Of a DNA stretch of 64,000 bases, positions 28,133 to 36,521 are shown one piece after another. The DNA is from an uncultured Thermoleophilaceae bacterium. GTDB taxonomy: Bacteria > Actinomycetota > Thermoleophilia > Solirubrobacterales > Thermoleophilaceae. The notes under the pieces are model-generated. The model made no database searches. It was given only the letters and a program-made list of their open reading frames with translations, and was not told the DNA's origin. Location: NCBI GenBank assembly GCA_963716215.1, contig OY970298.1, forward strand, positions 3,508,416 through 3,572,415, read 5' to 3'. Each line of letters begins with the position of its first letter. Positions within the stretch are counted from its first letter, which is position 1. A program made the translations under genes and the position numbers.

Positions 28133-30157
28133 CTAGGAGGCGCCGATGAGCTCGGATTCGGGCCGCCTGCGGGCCGCTTCTCCGCGCTCGGCCCCGGCCC
28201 GCAGCTGCCGCCGCCCGAGCAGGAACGCCAGCCCGTAGAGCACGGCCACGAGCACCACCAGCGCCCGGTAGCCCGTCAGCAGCGAGGCGTACTCGAGCAG
28301 GCCGCCGACCATCGCCCCGAGCAGGTTCGCCCCGAACGCCGTCGTCGACGAGCTGGTGTCGGCGAAGCGCTGCGAGAAGACCAGGTTGGCGAGGAAGATC
28401 GGCAGGAACGTGATCCCCGACGCGACGATGAAGCGCGGCACCGGCGCCAGCGCGAGCAGCGAGTCCGGAGCGACGAAGTAGGCAGGCACGAGCCCGGCCA
28501 GCAGGACCGCGTAGAGCACCTGCGGCCGCGGCAATCGCACGCGGCGCGCCGTCTCGACGGCGGCCAGCACGGTGATCAGGATGCCCGCGAACACCAGCGC
28601 GTTGACGAGCCAGGTGGTGCCGAACAGCAGCGCGAACTGCACGACGCTCTTGGTCTCGAGCAGCAGGAACGCCGCGCCCATGAAGAAGAGGTCGGCGTAG
28701 GCGAACATCGGGCGCAGGCGCCCGGCCGCGGCGCGGATCGCGACCACCGAGGCGAGCAGGATCGCCAGGATCGTGGCGAGGTAGAAGCCCGGGATGCCCG
28801 GCTCGCGCAGGTACGGGAACGGGTGGTCGTCGGTGGACGGCTCCGGGACGGGCGTGGTGGCGGTGGCCCAGCGCGTGTCGCATCGGAGCGAGGCGGGATT
28901 GCGGCTGGTCGTGAGCACCGCCAGCCGCCCCTCGCCCCCGAAGCTGTCCACGCACGGCGGCCGCCCGAACGCCTCGGCGAGCGTGTTGGCGTAGCGGTCG
29001 ATCAGCCACTGCTCGCGGTAGTAGTTGTACATCGCGAACACCCCGTTCGGAGTGAGGTGGTCGCGCACCGCTTCGATGGCCTGCTTCGTGAACAGGTAGC
29101 TCTCGAGCCGCAGCGACGACTGGCCGGCCACGAGCGTCAGCGAGTCCGGCAGGGCGAGCAGGATGCGGTCGTAGTGCTCGTCGGAGCGCTCCAGGAACGC
29201 GCGGCCGTCCGTGATGTGCACGTCCACGCGCGGATCGGAATAGGGCTTGTCGGGGTGCAGCTCGCGGCCGAGCTCGTACAACCGCCGGTCGATCTCGACC
29301 GCGTCCACGTGGCCGGCCCCCTGGGCGAGCGCGATCGCCACGTCGTTCCCGCTCCCGGCGCCGATGATGAGCACGTTGTCCTTGGGGACGCCGGGGGCGG
29401 TGCGCTCGTACGGGCGGGCGTAGAGCGGGTTGCGCGTGGACGGCAGGATCACCTGGTGCGGGATGCCGTTCACGCTGATCTCGGGGGGCGAGTCCGGCTC
29501 GTCCTCGTGGCGGTCGATGGTGACCTTGTAGTAGGGCGACCAGTGCGTGTCGGGCTGCACCGACTCCACGGCCAGGAGCGCCACGAGCGCCACGAGCGCC
29601 ACGCCACCGACGATCCGCAGCCGTCGGCCCAGCAGCACGGCGAAGATGACTGCCACGACCACCCCCCACGCCACCGGCGGCAGGCTCAGGAACGACAGGC
29701 CCGCGAAGGCGACCACGCCGAGCAGCGAGCCGAACAGGTCGAGCCGGTAGGCGTCGAGCGCCCGGAAGCGGGCGAAGGTGCGCGCCACGCCCTCGCCGAT
29801 GAAGGCCATCGTCGCCGCGACGGCCACGAAGATCACGGTCAGCGTCAGCCATCGCGGCGGCCCCTCGCTCTGGAGCTCGCCGAAGTAGATGATCCCCTCG
29901 GCCGAGCGCCGGATCTCGACCGGGAACACGAGCACGAACACCACCAGCAGGACGAGCGCGACGGGCGCTAGCGGGAACAGGTCGCGCTCGCGGCTGGCGC
30001 GCAGGAACCCGAGTCCGATCCCGAGGAACGACCCCAGCAGGACGAAGTTCGAGAAGTACGACAGGTAGACGATGTTCGAGCCCGTCCAGCGGATCAGCGC
30101 CAGCTCGACGAAGAGCATGAGGAAGCTGAGGAGGACTAGCCGGCGCTTGTCTGACAT
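28133..30157 (-). CDS. polytopic membrane protein with central spermidine-synthase-fold (class I MTase-like) domain
   Basis: 674-aa ORF. N-terminal ~200 aa hold several TM helices (LLSFLMLFVELALIRW...). The centre has VLIIGAGSGNDVAIALA...VEIDRRLYELGRE...ITDGRAFLERSDEHYDRILLALPDS (SpeE-like GxGxG / D / DGR motifs). The C-terminal ~200 aa are again multi-TM. Confidence 0.75.
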   Translation of the reverse strand: MSDKRRLVLLSFLMLFVELALIRWTGSNIVYLSYFSNFVLLGSFLGIGLGFLRASRERDLFPLAPVALVLLVVFVLVFPVEIRRSAEGIIYFGELQSEGPPRWLTLTVIFVAVAATMAFIGEGVARTFARFRALDAYRLDLFGSLLGVVAFAGLSFLSLPPVAWGVVVAVIFAVLLGRRLRIVGGVALVALVALLAVESVQPDTHWSPYYKVTIDRHEDEPDSPPEISVNGIPHQVILPSTRNPLYARPYERTAPGVPKDNVLIIGAGSGNDVAIALAQGAGHVDAVEIDRRLYELGRELHPDKPYSDPRVDVHITDGRAFLERSDEHYDRILLALPDSLTLVAGQSSLRLESYLFTKQAIEAVRDHLTPNGVFAMYNYYREQWLIDRYANTLAEAFGRPPCVDSFGGEGRLAVLTTSRNPASLRCDTRWATATTPVPEPSTDDHPFPYLREPGIPGFYLATILAILLASVVAIRAAAGRLRPMFAYADLFFMGAAFLLLETKSVVQFALLFGTTWLVNALVFAGILITVLAAVETARRVRLPRPQVLYAVLLAGLVPAYFVAPDSLLALAPVPRFIVASGITFLPIFLANLVFSQRFADTSSSTTAFGANLLGAMVGGLLEYASLLTGYRALVVLVAVLYGLAFLLGRRQLRAGAERGEAARRRPESELIGAS

Positions 30158-30166
30158 GGGCTGGAG

Positions 30167-30180
30167 GGCCAGGACTGGCC
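30167..30180. promoter_or_regulatory. 6-2-6 inverted repeat GGCCAG-GA-CTGGCC in the divergent control region
   Basis: Lies in the predicted 38-nt 5' leader of the minus-strand SpeE-like gene. Could be an operator or an RNA hairpin. Confidence 0.3.
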
Positions 30181-30195
30181 TCGCGGGAGCGGGTC

Positions 30196-30201
30196 ACCCT
30201 A
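30196..30201 (-). promoter_or_regulatory. -10 box candidate TAGGGT(G) for gene 28133..30157
   Basis: Minus-strand TAGGGTG, 38 nt upstream of ATG 30157. Mirror image of the plus-strand box at 30228. Confidence 0.3.
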
Positions 30202-30227
30202 CCGATGCCGCCTTCAGGCGACGCCGC

Positions 30228-30233
30228 TAGGGT
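30228..30233 (+). promoter_or_regulatory. -10 box candidate TAGGGT(G), 8 nt upstream of ATG 30242 (leaderless)
   Basis: CTAGGGTG. The same heptamer occurs at 39734 and, on the minus strand, at 30196. Confidence 0.35.
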
Positions 30234-30241
30234 GCCCGCGC

Positions 30242-32608
30242 ATGGTGGAGCGCGCACCGGCCCGCGTACTGCTCGCGATTGGACTCGTTGCGGGGTGCAC
30301 CCTGGCCCTCCAAGTGCTGCTTACGCGGCTGTACGCGGCCGTGCTCTTCTACCACTTCGGGTTCCTCGCGATCTCGCTCGCGCTGCTCGGGACGGGCGCC
30401 GGCGCGATTGCCGTGTACGTACGGCCGGCCTGGTTCGAGCAGGTGTCGCTGAACGCGATGTTGGCGCGTGCCTCGATCGCGTTCGCGCTGCTGCTGGCGC
30501 TGGTCCCGCTGGTGCTCGTGAGGCTCGACTACTCGTTCGCCGACACGGTCACGCCAGGGTTCGTGGCGAACCTCGCCGCCGCGTGCGCGCTGTCGGCGAT
30601 CACGTTCCTGGCCGGCGGGATCGCGATCGCGCTAGCGATCAAGGCCTACGCCCGCAGGGCCGGGCGCGTATACGCGGCGGACCTCGCGGGGGCGGCGATC
30701 GGCGCGTTCGTGGCCGTGCCGTTCATGTGGAGCGTGCCGGTGCCGACGCTGCTGGTGGGGCTCGGCGTGCCGGCGGCGCTGGCCGCTTGGCTGGTGGCGG
30801 ACCCCCGCCGGCCGGAGCGCCGGATGGCCCTGGGCGCTGCGCTCGTGGCGGTCGCTGTGGTCGTGCTCTCCGAGACGACCGCGGCCACGCACGTCAAGCC
30901 GTTCACGCGCGTGTCGGGGGCCGAGCCGGTGTCGGACCGCTGGACGCCGCTGAACCGGGTCGTCGGCTATCCGCCGCCGAACGGCCGGGGCTCGCTGGCC
31001 TACGTGTTCTACGACTCCATCTACGCCCCCGCGATGGTGCGCCGGCCCGGAGAGCCGATGCCGGACTGGGAGCCGCTGCGCCTGGGTCCGCAGAGCATCG
31101 GCTACGCGCTGACCGGCCCGGGTAGCGCCCTGGTGATCGGCGGAGGCGGCGGTCGCGACATCCTCAACGCGCTCTCGTCGCGTCAGCGCCAGGTGGACGT
31201 GATCGAGCTCAACGAGGCGATCCGCGAGGCGGTCGACGAGGACCTGCGTCCCTGGACGGGGGCGCCGTACAGCCTCCCGGGCGTCGACGTGACGGTCGGC
31301 GACGGGCGCTCGACCCTGGCCGCCAGCGACGAGCGCTACGACCAGGTGCACATCGGCTTCACCGACACCCTGAGCGCCAACTCGGCCCAGGCGTTCGCGC
31401 TCACCGAGTCCAACCTGTACACGCTCGAGGCCTTCGACGAGTACCTCGACCACCTCGCCCCCGGCGGCGTGCTGAACGTCTCCCGCCTGCGGCGGCTGGT
31501 CGGCGACGAGGCGCTGCGGGCGACGGTGCTCACGCTGGAGGCGCTCCGCCGCCACGGCGTCGAGAACCCGTCGCGCAACGTCGTGGTGATCCTGGGCGAG
31601 GACTTCTTCGACGGCGAGTTCGGCACGGTGCTCGCTCGCATGGAGCCGTTCACGCCGAGCGAGCTGGCCCTGGTGCGGCGACTCGCGGACGAGCGCGGCC
31701 TCGGCGTGGCCTACGCGCCGGGTGGGCCATACCGCAAGGAGTGGGCCGGCCTGGGTACCGCGTCGAGCCCGCTCGAGTTCTGCCGCTCGTACCGCCTCGA
31801 CGTCTGCCCGCCGACCGACGACAAGCCCTTCTTCTTCAACATGCGACGGCTGTCGGACGTGGGCTCGTCGGAGGCCGACGGCTACTTCTACTCGATCGAT
31901 CCGGTGCTGGTCCTGCTCGCCACGCTGCTCGTGCTCGTGGTGCTCTCGGTGTTCGCCTTCCTGCTGCCGCTGCTGTTGGTGCGCGGCCCGCGCCGCCCGC
32001 CGGCCCGCTCGCTGGTGCTGTTCGCGGCGATCGGCCTCGGGTTCCTGGTACTCGAGGTGTCGCTGGTGCAGCGCTTCGTGCTGTTTCTCGGCTTCCCGAC
32101 CTACGCGCTCTCCGTCGTCCTGTTCGCACTGCTCCTGTTCGCGGGGCTGGGGGCGTTCCTGAGCGCCCGGTGGACCCGGCCGCGGCACGCGCTCACGCTC
32201 ACGCTCTCGCTCGCGCTGGCGCTGATCCTGGCCGCGGCCTTCGCCCTCGAGCCGCTGCTCGACGCGCTGATCGGGTTGCCCTTCGGGCTGCGCGTGGCCA
32301 CCGCGATCGCGGTGCTCGCCCCGTTCGGGCTCACGCTCGGCACCGCGATGCCGGTCGGCCTCGCCCGCATCGAGGAGCTGCATCCGGGCGCCACGCCGTT
32401 CGCCTGGGGGCTGAACGGCATCATGTCGGTCGTCGCCTCGGTGCTGGCCGTGGCGGTGGCGATCTCGTTCGGGTTCAGGGCCACCACGCTCGTCGCATTC
32501 GCCTGCTACGCCGTGGCGCTCGGCGACGTAGTGCTCGGCCGCTGGCCGGGCACGGCCGAGGTCGAGGAGCGCGCCCCAGTGGCGGGCCTCGAGCCGGCGC
32601 GCCCGTAG
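30242..32608 (+). CDS. polytopic membrane protein with central spermidine-synthase-fold domain (paralog of 28133..30157)
   Basis: 788-aa ORF with a multi-TM N-terminus. The centre has ALVIGGGGGRDILNAL...VIELNEAIREAV...VGDGRSTLAASDERYDQVHIGFTDT. C-terminal multi-TM region (LGFLVLEVSLVQRF...GLNGIMSVVASVLAV). Confidence 0.75.
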   Translation: MVERAPARVLLAIGLVAGCTLALQVLLTRLYAAVLFYHFGFLAISLALLGTGAGAIAVYVRPAWFEQVSLNAMLARASIAFALLLALVPLVLVRLDYSFADTVTPGFVANLAAACALSAITFLAGGIAIALAIKAYARRAGRVYAADLAGAAIGAFVAVPFMWSVPVPTLLVGLGVPAALAAWLVADPRRPERRMALGAALVAVAVVVLSETTAATHVKPFTRVSGAEPVSDRWTPLNRVVGYPPPNGRGSLAYVFYDSIYAPAMVRRPGEPMPDWEPLRLGPQSIGYALTGPGSALVIGGGGGRDILNALSSRQRQVDVIELNEAIREAVDEDLRPWTGAPYSLPGVDVTVGDGRSTLAASDERYDQVHIGFTDTLSANSAQAFALTESNLYTLEAFDEYLDHLAPGGVLNVSRLRRLVGDEALRATVLTLEALRRHGVENPSRNVVVILGEDFFDGEFGTVLARMEPFTPSELALVRRLADERGLGVAYAPGGPYRKEWAGLGTASSPLEFCRSYRLDVCPPTDDKPFFFNMRRLSDVGSSEADGYFYSIDPVLVLLATLLVLVVLSVFAFLLPLLLVRGPRRPPARSLVLFAAIGLGFLVLEVSLVQRFVLFLGFPTYALSVVLFALLLFAGLGAFLSARWTRPRHALTLTLSLALALILAAAFALEPLLDALIGLPFGLRVATAIAVLAPFGLTLGTAMPVGLARIEELHPGATPFAWGLNGIMSVVASVLAVAVAISFGFRATTLVAFACYAVALGDVVLGRWPGTAEVEERAPVAGLEPARP

Positions 32609-32618
32609 GCTGGCCGCG

Positions 32619-34568
32619 ATGTCACCGGTCGCGCACCACGTCGTGCTCGGGCTCGCGATCGCGGCTCTGGGCGGCGCCGGGCTGCGCCTCGCGTCGCTGG
32701 CGGCCCCCAGGGGGCCGGAGCGCGCGGTGGCCGCCGTGGTCATCGCCGCGTCGATCGCGGCACTCGAGGCGCTTGCGCTCGGCCTCGTGAGGCTGGGTAC
32801 GAACACCGCGGCGCTCGCCGGCGCCGCCGCGCTCACGTGGGTGCTGGCGCGCACCCTCCTGCCGGCCCCGGCCTCACCGCCGGGGAGCGAGCTGGCGGCG
32901 GCCTGGCGCGCGGCCTCGCCCGGCCGCCGGGTGGCGCTGGGCGCGGTCGCGGGCGTGTGGCTGGCCTGGGCGGTGTGGCTGCTGCGCTATCCGGCGCTCG
33001 GCATCGACACGGTGGCCTACCACCTGACCGACGTCGTCGCCTGGGTGGGCGACGGCAGCCCGGGCGCGATCGAGCCGCTGTTCCCCAACGTGCCGGTCGG
33101 CAACTACCCGCTCACCAACGAGGTGCTGCTGGCCTGGGGCACCGGGATAGCGCGGAGCTTCGTGTTCGTCGGCCTCTGGGCGCCGGCGATGATGGCGCTG
33201 CTCGTGGTGGCCGGGTGGGGCGCGCTGCGCGCCGTGCGCGTCCCGGTGGGCGCCGCCGCGGCGGCGGTCGCGGCCCTCTGCGTGCTGCCCGTGCTCACGC
33301 ACTACCAGCAGAACGGCGCGAACACCGACATCCCCGCGTTCGCCTGGCTCGTGAGCGCCGCGTTCTTGTCGCTGGCGTCGGCACGGCGCCCGGCGCTGAT
33401 CGCGCCGGCCCTACTCGCCGCCGCGCTCGCCGTCGGCACGAAGACGACGACGCTCCCGCTGGCCCTGCTGGTGCTGGTGCTCGCGCTGGTGGGAGCCCGG
33501 GGGGAGCTGCGCCGGCTAGCGTGGCCGCTGGCGCTGGCGGGCGCCGCGGCGGTCGCGATCGGCGGCTACTGGTACCTGCGCAACCTGGTCGACCACGGCT
33601 CGCCCTTCTGGCCCTTCGTCGAGACCCCCTGGAGCGACCCGCTGCCGAAGGAGATCGGGCCAGAGCGGGGCGTGAACGCCAGCTTCCTCGACCACCCGCG
33701 CTTCACGCTCGAGCGGGTCGGCGACGAGTGGCTCGACCTGTTCGGCGGCGGCTTCTTCCTGCTGGCCGCGGCGTTCGTGGCGCCGCTGCTGGCTCGCGAC
33801 CGGCGCGTGACGGCCGCGGCGGTCGTGACGGCGGTCTCCGTGCTGATCTGGATGAACGCGCCGTTCACAGGCGCCTCGGTGCGTGAGTACGAGGTGGCCA
33901 CGGCCTCGACGGTCCGCTACCTGATCCCCGCGCTGGGCGCGGCCGTCTTCACGCTGGCGCTGGCGGCCACCTCGGCGAGCCTGGCGGCGCGCCGGTTCGC
34001 GGTGCTCTCGCTCGGGGCGGGGTTCGTGGTGAACCTGGTGCAGACCGCCGACCTCGGCTTCCCGAGCGTGCCGCGGGCGTGGGTGCCGCTCGCCGGGGCC
34101 GCGGTCGGCGCCGCCGTCGCCGCACTGGCCGGGCGGGTGACGGCGCGCCCGCCCACGCTGCCCGCCGCAGCGCGGACGCTGCTCACGGCGCTCGCGTGCG
34201 CCGCTGTGGGCGCGCTCACCGCCATCGGGGCCGCCGGCTTCGTGGAGCGCCATGCGCAGACGGCGGACCTGTACGGCACGGACACGATCCGCTGGTTCAC
34301 CGAGCAGCCGGAGTTCGACGACGGCGACGACCCGATCTGGGCGGCGCCCGTCAATCTGGCGCCGCTGGGCGGCGACCGGCTCCAGCACGAGTTCCGCTGG
34401 ATCGAGGACGACGCGCCCTGCTCGCTGGTGCGGGCGCGAGCCCGGGCGAGCTGGGTGATCGTGATCATGTTCCCGCCCGACGGGAGGCTGCTGTCGCCGA
34501 GCGGCCGCTGCCTCGAGAACCAGCGCCCGGCCCACAAGGGCGCCGGCTTCAGCGTCTACAGGGGCTGA
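32619..34568 (+). CDS. unrecognised ~650-aa polytopic GT-C-like membrane protein, paralog 1
   Basis: 649-aa intact ORF with ~12 TM segments. Motifs conserved across the paralogs: LEALALGLV, GIDTVAYHL, NEVLLAW, HYQQNGANTDIPAFAWL, GTKTTTLPL, GGYWYLRNLVDHGSPFWP, WMNAPFTG, GDRLQHEF. Soluble C-terminal domain with a Cys pair, ending GAGFSVYRG. Confidence 0.7.
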   Translation: MSPVAHHVVLGLAIAALGGAGLRLASLAAPRGPERAVAAVVIAASIAALEALALGLVRLGTNTAALAGAAALTWVLARTLLPAPASPPGSELAAAWRAASPGRRVALGAVAGVWLAWAVWLLRYPALGIDTVAYHLTDVVAWVGDGSPGAIEPLFPNVPVGNYPLTNEVLLAWGTGIARSFVFVGLWAPAMMALLVVAGWGALRAVRVPVGAAAAAVAALCVLPVLTHYQQNGANTDIPAFAWLVSAAFLSLASARRPALIAPALLAAALAVGTKTTTLPLALLVLVLALVGARGELRRLAWPLALAGAAAVAIGGYWYLRNLVDHGSPFWPFVETPWSDPLPKEIGPERGVNASFLDHPRFTLERVGDEWLDLFGGGFFLLAAAFVAPLLARDRRVTAAAVVTAVSVLIWMNAPFTGASVREYEVATASTVRYLIPALGAAVFTLALAATSASLAARRFAVLSLGAGFVVNLVQTADLGFPSVPRAWVPLAGAAVGAAVAALAGRVTARPPTLPAAARTLLTALACAAVGALTAIGAAGFVERHAQTADLYGTDTIRWFTEQPEFDDGDDPIWAAPVNLAPLGGDRLQHEFRWIEDDAPCSLVRARARASWVIVIMFPPDGRLLSPSGRCLENQRPAHKGAGFSVYRG

Positions 34569-34576
34569 CCTGACGA

Positions 34577-36521
34577 ATGTCGAGCTTCGTCGAAAACGCG
34601 GTGCTGGTCCTGTCGGTGGCGGCGCTGGCGGCCGCCGGGGTGCGAGCGGCCTCCCAGCTCGCCCCGGCCGGGCTGGAGCGCGCAGTCACGGCGGCCACCT
34701 TCGCCACCGCTGCGGCCGGGCTCGAGGCGCTCGCGCTGGGGCTGGTGGGGCTCGGGGGCGACACGGTCCCGCTCGCGCTGGCCGCCGCCGCCACCTGGGC
34801 GCTCGCCCTGGCCGTGTTCCCCGCGCCGCGCGTCCCGCTGCTCGCCGAGGTGAGCGGCGCGTGGAGGGAGGCCCCGCCCGCCGCACGTGCCCTCGTGGCC
34901 GCCGTCGCCGGTGCTGGCACCGCGTGGGCGGCCTGGCTCGTGCACGTGCCGGCGCTCGGGTACGACAGCGTCAACTACCACCTGCCCGAAGCCGTCATCT
35001 GGGTGCGCGACGGCAACCCCGGCGCGGTCATCCCGGGGATCCTCGACTCCGTCACCTACCTGCCGCTGATGAGCGAGGTGCTGCTCGCCTGGGGAGTGGG
35101 CATCTCCCGCAGCCTCGTGCCGGCCTCGCTGCTGGCGCCCGCCTCGATGCTGCTGCTGGCCGTGTCGGGCTGGCTGGGGCTGCGCACACTCCGTGTCGGG
35201 CGCGTGGCGACGGCGGTGGCGGTGGGCACGCTCTGCGCGGCGCCGATGGTCACGCACTACCAGATGAACGGCGCCTACAACGACCTCCCGGCGCTGTCCT
35301 GGCTGGTCGCGGCCGGCGCGCTCGCCGCGGCCTCGCGGCGCAACCCCGCCATGCTGGCTCCGGCGCTGCTGGCCGCGGCGCTCGCGGCCGGCACCAAGAC
35401 GACCGCGCTGCCGCTGTCGCTGTTCGTGCTGGTGCTGGCGGCGTGGCCGCATCGGCGCCGGCTGCGCCCGCTGGCGCTGCCGCTGGCGCTCGCGGGCGGC
35501 GCGGCGCTGGTGGTCGGCGGGTTCTGGTACGCCCGCGACTTCGTGGTGCACGGCTCGCCGTTCTGGCCGGACGTTGCCGCCCCGTGGGGCGACGCCACGC
35601 CGGTCGAGTCGCCGAGCTTCCTCGACCGGCCGCGCGAGACCATCGACCGCTTCCTCGACGACTACCTCGAGCTGTTCGGTGGCGGCCTGCTGGCGATCGG
35701 TGGCGCGCTGGCGGTGCCCTTCGCCACCCGCGACCGCGCCGTGTGGGTGGCCGGCGCCGCGACCGCGGTCTCCTTCCTGCTGTGGCTCAACGCGCCCGCC
35801 ACCGGAGCGGCCGAGGGCGGCTCGGTGGTGGGCACGCTGTCGACCGTCCGCTACGTGCTGCCCGCGCTGGCGGCCGCGACCGTCACGCTGGCCCTGGCCA
35901 CGCGCAACACGCGGCCTGGCGGGCCGGGCCGCCGGGCTGATCCTGGCGGCGGCGCTGGTGATCAACGTGCTGCAGACGCGCGCGCTCGGCTATCCCAGCG
36001 TGCCGGGCGCTCACGTGCTGGCGCTGGGCGCGCTGCTCGGCGCGGGCGCCGCCCTTGCGGCCGGGGCGCTGTCGGCGCGCCTGCCGGCCGTGCCCCGCTG
36101 GGCCGTCGCGGCTGCCGGCGTTGCGGTGCTGGCCGCCGCGGCCGGTGCGCTCGCCGTGGGCACGAGCGGGTACGTCGAGCGTCACGCCCGCGCCAACGAG
36201 CACACCGTCTACCCCTACGTGGGGATGGTGAGCTGGCTGGCGGAGCAGCCGCTCTACCGCAGCGGCGACGACCCGGTGGCGATCGTGCCGATCCCGAACG
36301 GCGTCGTCGTGGGCGACCGGCTGCGGCACCGCATCGAGGTGGTGCCGTTCGAGGAGCCGTGCGACGCGGTGCGCGCGCGGCTGCGGGATCACTGGGTGCT
36401 GTTGAACTTCCTCGACGTGGTGCGCGACTTCACCGCCGCCCGCTGCCTGGAGGACGTGAAGCCGACCTTCGAGGGCTCGGGCTTCCGCGTCTACCGGCCC
36501 TCGGGCGCCTCGCCGCCGTAG
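34577..36521 (+). pseudogene. unrecognised GT-C-like membrane protein, paralog 2, frame disrupted near 35911-35916
   Basis: The N-terminal frame (track ORF 34577...) is homologous to paralog 1 up to ...TVTLALATRNTR. Homology then continues in the frame of track ORF 35574..36521 (LAGRAAGLILAAALVINVLQTRALGYPSVP...GSGFRVYRPSGASPP*). This is a 1-nt indel or an error. Confidence 0.7.

Noticed and set aside
28133-32608. Annotating the two SpeE-fold proteins as genuine spermidine/spermine synthases
   Set aside because: They are embedded between multi-TM regions, the acidic substrate-binding motif is altered, and no other polyamine genes are nearby. The annotation is kept at fold level only.
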